DNA of 45,430 bases from Octopus bimaculoides (lineage: Eukaryota): assembly GCF_001194135.2 (NCBI RefSeq), contig NC_068986.1, positions 93,175,669 to 93,221,098 on the forward strand, written 5' to 3'. Of this stretch, positions 37,820 through 45,430 are shown piece after piece. The notes below the pieces were generated by a model that was given only the letters and a program-made list of their open reading frames with translations, searched no databases and was not told the DNA's origin. The number at the start of each line of letters is the position of its first letter. Position 1 is the first letter of the stretch. The translations under genes and the position numbers were made by a program.

Positions 37820-38628
37820 NNNNNNNNNNNNNNNNNNNNNNNNNNNNNNNNNNNNNNNNNNNNNNNNNNNNNNNNNNNNNNNNNNNNNNNNNNNNNNNNN
37901 NNNNNNNNNNNNNNNNNNNNNNNNNNNNNNNNNNNNNNNNNNNNNNNNNNNNNNNNNNNNNNNNNNNNNNNNNNNNNNNNNNNNNNNNNNNNNNNNNNNN
38001 NNNNNNNNNNNNNNNNNNNNNNNNNNNNNNNNNNNNNNNNNNNNNNNNNNNNNNNNNNNNNNNNNNNNNNNNNNNNNNNNNNNNNNNNNNNNNNNNNNNN
38101 NNNNNNNNNNNNNNNNNNNNNNNNNNNNNNNNNNNNNNNNNNNNNNNNNNNNNNNNNNNNNNNNNNNNNNNNNNNNNNNNNNNNNNNNNNNNNNNNNNNN
38201 NNNNNNNNNNNNNNNNNNNNNNNNNNNNNNNNNNNNNNNNNNNNNNNNNNNNNNNNNNNNNNNNNNNNNNNNNNNNNNNNNNNNNNNNNNNNNNNNNNNN
38301 NNNATATATATATATATATATATCTTTAATCCTATCTCTCTCTTTTCTCTCCTTTCTTTTCCAACTGGCATAGCCATGTGTCTCTCTGTGTATATCTACA
38401 CACACATTCCAAATGGCTTAAGATTAGCATCATGCTTGAGACTCGGAGTACCAACAAATTTGAATCAAACTGTTTTGATCCATGCATGTAACTCCCAGTA
38501 AATGCGTTGAGTGCCCTTCTTTCGTTTGTCTCCTCACTCATATATATATATATATATATATATATTGGTCAGTTGTCTGTAAGTTTGATAAAAAAAGTAC
38601 TCTCTAAAATCTCTTGAGCAGTAATAGT

Positions 38629-39053
38629 TAATATAGTTGTTGGTCATGCCCAGTCAGAGAGTTCTTAGCAATATAGGCAACTTGTCTGACCAGCTGGCTG
38701 GAGGCACATAACCTCTCTACTACTGGAGGTAGGAATTACAGTCTTGGTCAGTCAGGGTTGTGAAAAAAAAACCCTGAAATGAAATTCTCCTCAGTGACAT
38801 CCCTTCCGAGTGAGAGGAGGAGTAATCTCCCTTTCATTGGTTCCACTTATGTCTGTAAGGGATCAATACATGCATTATTTCCATTTACTAGTCTCACCAG
38901 AAGGGATATCACTCATAGAATTTCATTTCCTGAGTTTTGTCACAACCCTGACTGATAAAGACTGTATTCCTACCTCCAGAAGTAGAGAGGTTATGTGCCT
39001 CTGGCTAACTGGTCTCGTAACTCTCTGACTGGCCATAACCAACGACTACATTA
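38629..39053. mobile_element. Fold-back MITE (about 190-bp inverted arms, about 60-bp spacer, TA ends)
   Basis: Left arm taatatagttgttggtcatgcccagtcagagagtt..ggaggtaggaattacagtc..gtgacatcccttc matches the reverse complement of the right arm, apart from one ~20-bp indel. Confidence 0.88.
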
Positions 39054-39083
39054 TATATAAGGTAAAAACGGTAATATATATAC

Positions 39084-39132
<49 letters not shown>

Positions 39133-39167
39133 TACATACACATACTATGGTCTTCTTTACAGTTTCT

Positions 39168-39396
39168 TATTTCTTTACTGCCCACAAGGGGCTACACAGA
39201 GGGGACAAACAAGGACAGTCAAACGAATTAAGTCGATTATATCGACCCCAGTGCGTAACTGGTACTTATTTAATTGACCCTGAAAGGATGAAAGCCAAAG
39301 TCAACCTCGGCAGAATTTGAACACAGAACGTAAAGACAGACGAAATACCGCAAAGCATTTCGCCCGGCGTGCTAACGTTTCAGCCAGCTCACCGCC
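39168..39396 (-). mobile_element. SINE family D nested in a family-B SINE, 12-bp TSD
   Basis: TTTACAGTTTCT at 39156-39167 and 39397-39408. The host continues as gtctaccaaatcc. Confidence 0.9.
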
Positions 39397-40008
39397 TTTA
39401 CAGTTTCTGTCTACCAAATCCACTGACAAGGCTCCTGTTTGTCTCAAGAGTATAGTAGAAGATATTTACCCAAGGTATACACAGCCATGCCTGCACCCAT
39501 GTGTGTGTCGACATATGTAAATAGACAGAAAGAGAGAGAGAGAGAGAAATTGTTTTGTATTTTTCCTGTAAATACAGTCACACATATATTACCTGCATAT
39601 TTTTGTGTATAAATGTGTGTGTGTGTGTGTGTTTGTAATATAGAAAAAGACAGCAACAGACAGATACACTCAAAGACATGCACATAAGATATAATTCCTG
39701 TGACAAAGTCAAATCTAAGAAACTCCAATATAATTTCCTTGTATTTTTAGAACAATATAATTTTAGATTCTCTCTGCACTTACAGATGGAATATTAACTA
39801 ATGGCTAATAAAGTTCAAGGATAGAGGAATCAATAGAGAGAGAGAGAGAGGGAGGGGGGCAAATGTGAAGTCGACAGACAGACAGATAGATGGAAAGAAA
39901 GATAGATAATGAGGGAGACAGATAGATGGATAAATAGAAAAAGAAATATATAGAAAGAGAAATATATGTACATATACATATGCATATATTTATATATGAT
40001 TATAGATG

Positions 40009-40042
<34 letters not shown>

Positions 40043-41555
40043 CATATATGTATATATTTTTATATATGTACATGAGTGTGTATGTAAAGAGAGAGAGAGG
40101 AAAGGTGATAAGGTGTGATGTAGGTTGACAGATAAGTAGATATATTGGTAAGGAGGGAGATTAGTTGATAAAGAGAAAGATACATTAAGAAGTAGAAAGA
40201 GAAGTTTTGAAGTAAGCTGATATATACATTATTCAGTAGGGAGATAGATTTGTATATATAAAACTACTCGGGAATTAGATAGAAGAAATAGGCAGCTATG
40301 TAATTATGCCAAAAGCCTAAAAAAGGAGAAGAGTCCCTTAGATGAACTTCTACATCAAATTTCACTCAGGATGTGTTGTGCTGCAGGTTCAAATCTAATT
40401 ACTCAGCAAATTTTTTAATAGTGCAACAATACTTTTTCTCATTGTTTGACTGAAATTAGATTAGATTAAATCGCCTATGTTCAGTCCACTGGTGGACAAA
40501 GGCCTCAACATGTTCTCTCCATCAACCACAGTCTGATGTGGAGGCTGGGAATTTGGGTTTGAGATTATACTGGTTTGATGAGCCAACTCTGCTACACTAG
40601 CTCAATGGCCTGGCAGTGAAGTTTTTCTATACTTTTACCCAGGTTTAGTTAAGATGATTACATCAACTCCAGTACTTGACTGGTACTTATTTTATCAACC
40701 CCTGAAAGGACAAAAGGCAAAGTTGACTTTAGTGGAATTTGAACTCAGTGCATAAGGCTAGAATACCACTAAGCATTTCACTTGGCATGCTAATGATTCT
40801 GCCAGCTTGTGGCCATAACCGAAATTAATGGGCCTGTAATGGTTGCAGTTATGTGGGGAAATGATTGGTGAAAGTGTTCAGTGTAGGTGGAGGTTGGGAG
40901 GTAGAAATAAAAGTGGTGGTGGTGAGAGGAAATGAAAGAATCAGTGGACCAGTGTTGTGGGGAACTGTAGTAGTCATGGTGGTGAGAGGAAAGAGAATTT
41001 GTTGATCAATGTGTAGGTGAATTACTGTAGTGGTGGTGTGGTGAGAAGGAGGGTGATGGTGTAGAGGAGTTGGAGATTGACTTAGTTTGGTTAAGAAATG
41101 TTTTCAGCTTACTCAGCGTAGAGACCGTAGTTGTAGCAGTACAGAAAGACAAAGAGAAGAAACTACATCTCTAGGCTCAAGGCTGTAACATACCACGGAA
41201 TGGTTCTTTGCTCTTTCCAGACTGTTGTAAATTTTGCATGTCATAAACAGCTTGTTTGTACTATCTTGCGTATCATTGAAAGGGGAAATACAAACTGTTA
41301 GTGTCTAGTGTTCGCATAAAACATGCCATTTGCAACATTAATGATGTGCTGTGGGAATAACCATTCATTTATTGTGTTGTGTTACATAAAAAACAAAATT
41401 GTTTATGATGTTTGAAAGTAATGAGCATCCTTGTTGTCTGTAGCGAATGTTTTATGATTTTTGGTTGCAAATATATGACAATCTTTGCTTCACTCAGTCT
41501 ACATGGCTGTCAAATGGATTACATAAGATTTTAATATATTTATCTGGCTTACAAT

Positions 41556-41990
41556 AAGTATGGCTGTGTGGTAAGAATTATGCTTCCCAGCCACTTGATT
41601 TCAGGTTCAATCCCACTGTGTAGAACCTTGAGCAAGTGTCTTTAATTATAACCCTTAGCCAACCAAGGTCTTGTGAACGGATTTGGTGGATGGAAACTGA
41701 AAGAAGCCTGCCATGTATATATATGTGTGTGTGTGTGTGTGTGCATGTGTGTGTTTGTATGTTTTACTGTCTCCTTGCCTTAGCACCACCATCATACTGG
41801 CAGTGTCCTTCATGTCCAACCTTCTGTGGAAGCATGTCTGGTCTTGGGAAAATATTACCCTGCTTGGAAATAAATATGTGAGGTTTGGCAACAGGAAAGG
41901 CATCCGACCGTAGAAAATCTACCTTCGCAAATTCTGTCTGACCCCTGCAAGCATGGAAAAGTCGACATTAAAACAATAATGATGATGATG
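41556..41990 (+). mobile_element. CORE-type SINE, family B head with family-A tail
   Basis: Same architecture as 23948-24440. Confidence 0.8.
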
Positions 41991-42727
41991 AATTACTCAC
42001 ATTGAGAGATATTTAAAGTCACTCTCTAACTTGAAATGGGCAGCAATTATTGTTATCAGTTGTTGTTGTTGTTATTGCAGTTGCTTTTAATAGTTATTAT
42101 TGCTGATTTTCTCTCTCACCTCTTTTTATTATTCTCTTTTATTCTTCTTCCTCTTTTTTCATGCTTCATTCCCCCCCCNNNNNNNNNNGTCCGTCCGTCC
42201 CCCCCCCCTCTCTCTCATTAACCAACTTTTATTTCCTTTCATTTATTTTCCCCCATTTTCTCTCTCCTCATTGTTTTCCCATTTACCATTTCCACAGTTT
42301 TCATTAATTCTTTAACACATTCTTGGTTTTTCTCTCTCTCTCTTAATCTTTTCCTGTTCGTAATTGCTGTTGTGTCTTTAATGTTATCCATTTTAAATTC
42401 TCTTTAAGAAATCTATTATCTACCTTTTTAACCGTTATCATCTATTTCCCATTTCTTTTAGAATATATTATCTGTTATCATTGCCTTCTATCTTTTACTT
42501 GTTTCGGTCATTGTCTGCAGCCGTACTGATGCATCGTCTTAAATGATTTACTTTGAACAGACTGACCTCAGTACTTTGTTTTTCTTAAATTTAGTATTAA
42601 GTCTATTGGTCTCTTTTGCCTGACTGCTAAGTTACTGTAGAATGTAAACAAACCAATGTCAAATGGAGTGGGAAAAAACAGATACACCTAGCACTTCTTC
42701 TCTCTTTCTCTCTCTCTCTCTCACACA

Positions 42728-42760
<33 letters not shown>

Positions 42761-42942
42761 TTAATATCCGTCTCCATGCTGGCATGGGTTGGATGGTTTG
42801 ATATGAGCTGTCCAGCTGAAAGGCTGTTCAGGCTCCATGTCTGTTTTGGTATGGTTTCTATGGCTGGGTGCCCTTCCTAACCCCAACCACTTTACAAAGT
42901 GTACTGGTTGCTTTTATGCAACACTGGTATGGATGTTTACAG

Positions 42943-43038
42943 GCCTGCAAGATTAGGGATGCTCAGCCGGAGAGGGTTGCAGGGACGGGCTTGCAAGATT
43001 AGGGATGCTCAGCTGGAGAGGGCTGCAGGGGACGAGCC
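42943..43038. repeat. 46-bp GC-rich tandem duplication
   Basis: gc.tgcaagattagggatgctcagc.ggagaggg.tgcaggg.acg occurs twice. Confidence 0.85.
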
Positions 43039-43475
43039 TATATGCGAGGGCAATCACACTTGTACTTAGCTTGATGTGTCTTTTCAAACACAACAAATCA
43101 CCAGATAAGAGATACAAACCATCCAACCCATGCCAGCATGGTAAACAGATGTTAAATGATGATGATGATACTTTTTATAATTTATTGTTTTTTTTAAGAA
43201 GATCTGTTATCCATTTGTTTTTTTTAAATCTGTCATTGACCTAACCAATTCCTTGTGAATGAATTTGGTTGGTGGAAACTGTGTGGAAGCCCATTATATG
43301 TATATTTATTTATATATATTTATTAATATTTCTCTTAGGCATCCTCGAGACTAATAACCTGGTGTAGAACTCAGTATACGTATGGTCCAGAATACAATGT
43401 TAGACGAGTACAGAGTGGTAATAGAAACAAGGAGATGAGACTGGAAAAAACAAATGTTATGTAATGAACTTCATT

Positions 43476-43556
43476 AGCTTACAGCTGTTTCTGCTATAAG
43501 ATATGGTGAGCTCTTAGTTGAGTACCTGGATAACATCCTATAGCTTCATCAGAGTC
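43476..43556 (-). ncRNA. Hammerhead-ribozyme-like motif (left arm)
   Basis: GACT-CTGATGA-A-GCTATAGGATGT...ATATCTTATAGC-A-GAAAC-AGCT-GTA-AGCT. 12-bp stem II, palindrome ACAGCTGT, GUA triplet. Confidence 0.7.
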
Positions 43557-43642
43557 TTGAATATGAAGTAGACTTAATTTGTGTAAGTTACAGTATGTTC
43601 TGAAAATGTAACTTTCCCAAATAAAGTCCACTTCATATTCAA

Positions 43643-43723
43643 GGCTCTGATGAAGCTATAGGATGTTATCCTGGTACTCAACAAAGAGCCCTCCACATCA
43701 TAAACCAGAAATGGCTATATGCT
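43643..43723 (+). ncRNA. Decayed hammerhead-like motif (right arm, sense to TTBK)
   Basis: GGCT-CTGATGA...GAAAT-GGCT-ATA-TGCT. Stem II is mismatched and the first pair of stem I is U-U. Confidence 0.45.
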
Positions 43724-43803
43724 AATGAAGTTCAGTTACATAGCATAAACATAACATTAATTTTTTCTGATGTCATCTCTGTTTATATATGTATATATAG
43801 ATA

Positions 43804-44195
43804 GGCGCAGGAGTGGCTGTGTGGTAAGTAGCTTGCTTACCAACCACACGGTTCCGGGTTCAGTCCCACTGCATGGTCACATTGGGCAAGTGTCTTCTAC
43901 TATAGCCTCAGACCGACCAAAGCCTTGTGAGTGGATTTGGTAGGCGGAAATTGAAAGAAGCCCGTCGTATATATGTNNNNNNNNNNTGTGTGTATGTGTT
44001 TGTCTCCCCCCCACCATCGCTTGACAACCGATGGGGGAGTGTTTACGTCCCCGTAACTTAGCGGTTCAGCATAAGAGACCGATAGAATAAGTACTAGGCT
44101 TCTAAAGAATAAGTCCTGGGGTCGATTTGCTCGACTAAAGGCGGTGCTCCAGCATGGCCGCAGTCAAATGACTGAAACAAGTAAAAGAGTAAGAG
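43804..44195 (+). mobile_element. Full-length CORE-type tRNA-derived SINE, family B
   Basis: A-box gtggctgtgtgg, B-box ggttcagtccc, ttgggcaagtgtc CORE-like block, internal microsatellite, gactgaaacaagtaaaaga tail. CORE-type SINEs (OR1/OR2) are known from Octopus; exact family not assigned. Confidence 0.88.
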
Positions 44196-44854
44196 TATAT
44201 ATAAACACATGTGGTGTGTGTGTGTGTGTGTGTCTTTGTGTTTGTCCATCACACCACTGCTTGATGGCAAGTGTTTGTTTATGTCCCCATGACCTAGTAG
44301 TTTGGCAATAGAGACTGGTAGTATAAGTGCCAGACTTAAAAAATAAGTATCGCAGTCAATCTGTTTGACTAAGCTCTTCAGAGTGGCCACAGTCCTAGGA
44401 CTGAAACAGTTTTAAAAAATCTAATCTATTATCACTTATGGTCTTTTTAAAATCTATAATTTTTTCTTTAGAAACTTTATCAGTTTTTGTCTTTTTCTTT
44501 TGTTTGTGTGTGTTCTTCACTGGAGAAGTTATCATTCACATGACAAAATTCCAAAATTTTGCTGGGTTAAAATTAAACCATTTTTAAAATATCATTTATC
44601 TTTTTTCTTAAAAAAATATTGCTGTATTTTCTAATATATAAGCTGACTTTGTATATTGTATAAACATTGAAACATCTTCACTATCTTTCCATGTTTTGCT
44701 GCATTTCACATGAAGTTTTTAGATCCTCCAAAGTTGCCTTGGTGTACTGCTTTTTGGTTGTAAATTTTGGTCTAAAAATTTTGACTTAGATGCTGGAAAA
44801 TATAGAATCTATTTAAAAAAAAAAACATTTTATCTAATATTATTTTTTTGTTAA

Positions 44855-45163
<309 letters not shown>

Positions 45164-45264
45164 TAGCCATCTATATATCATAATGTAAATATATCATAAG
45201 AAAATTTAATGGCAGTATTCATCCAGATATAGTATCACTTTTAGATATGCTATGTATAAAAACT

Positions 45265-45430
45265 GTGGAGGCGCAATGGCCCAGTGGTTAGGGCAGCGGA
45301 CTCGTGGTCATTGGATCACGGTTTCGATTCCCAGACCGGGCATTGTGAGTGTTTATTGAGCAAAAACACCTAAAGCTCCACGAGGCTCTGGCATGGGGTG
45401 GTGGCGAACCCTGCTGTACTCTTTCACCAC
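45265..45430 (+). mobile_element. SINE family C, 5' part (cut by the window end)
   Basis: Closely similar to 30178-30345. Confidence 0.9.

Larger units (their letters stand above)
43454..43746. mobile_element. Inverted pair of Penelope-like terminal repeats (about 123-bp arms, about 45-nt spacer)
   Basis: 43454-43576 matches the reverse complement of 43622-43746. Each arm carries CTGATGA...GAAA. Confidence 0.7.

Overview
Eukaryotic, AT-rich, microsatellite-dense genomic DNA with many N gaps. The repeat families and (AT)n/(CAT)n load suggest an octopus/cephalopod assembly; this is inference, not checked. The only host gene I can support is the 5' part of a tau-tubulin kinase gene (TTBK1/2, Asator-like, CK1 superfamily) on the + strand. 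It has three coding exons (22780-22836, 25709-25856, 44895-45109) joined by in-phase GT-AG introns and continues beyond the window. The rest is mostly a transposon graveyard: two mariner relics, a Tc1 fragment, a Tc1/mariner deletion derivative, a fold-back MITE, RTE, CR1 and R4/Dong-type LINE relics, Penelope-like terminal repeats and at least four SINE-like families, several nested with visible target-site duplications. Most worth a second look: (i) several minimal type-I hammerhead-ribozyme-like motifs, including an inverted pair in TTBK intron 2; (ii) a three-AUG first coding exon, with a 78-aa His/Gln-rich in-frame extension and an 88-codon overlapping uORF whose stop overlaps the conserved start (ATGA); (iii) a near-perfect RFX X-box in intron 1 of this ciliogenesis-family kinase; (iv) a LINE-like tail with three C2H2-like fingers. 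No prokaryotic system, CRISPR array or rRNA/tRNA gene is supported. SINE/LINE boundaries are approximate unless a TSD or TIR is quoted. All alignments and folds were done by eye.
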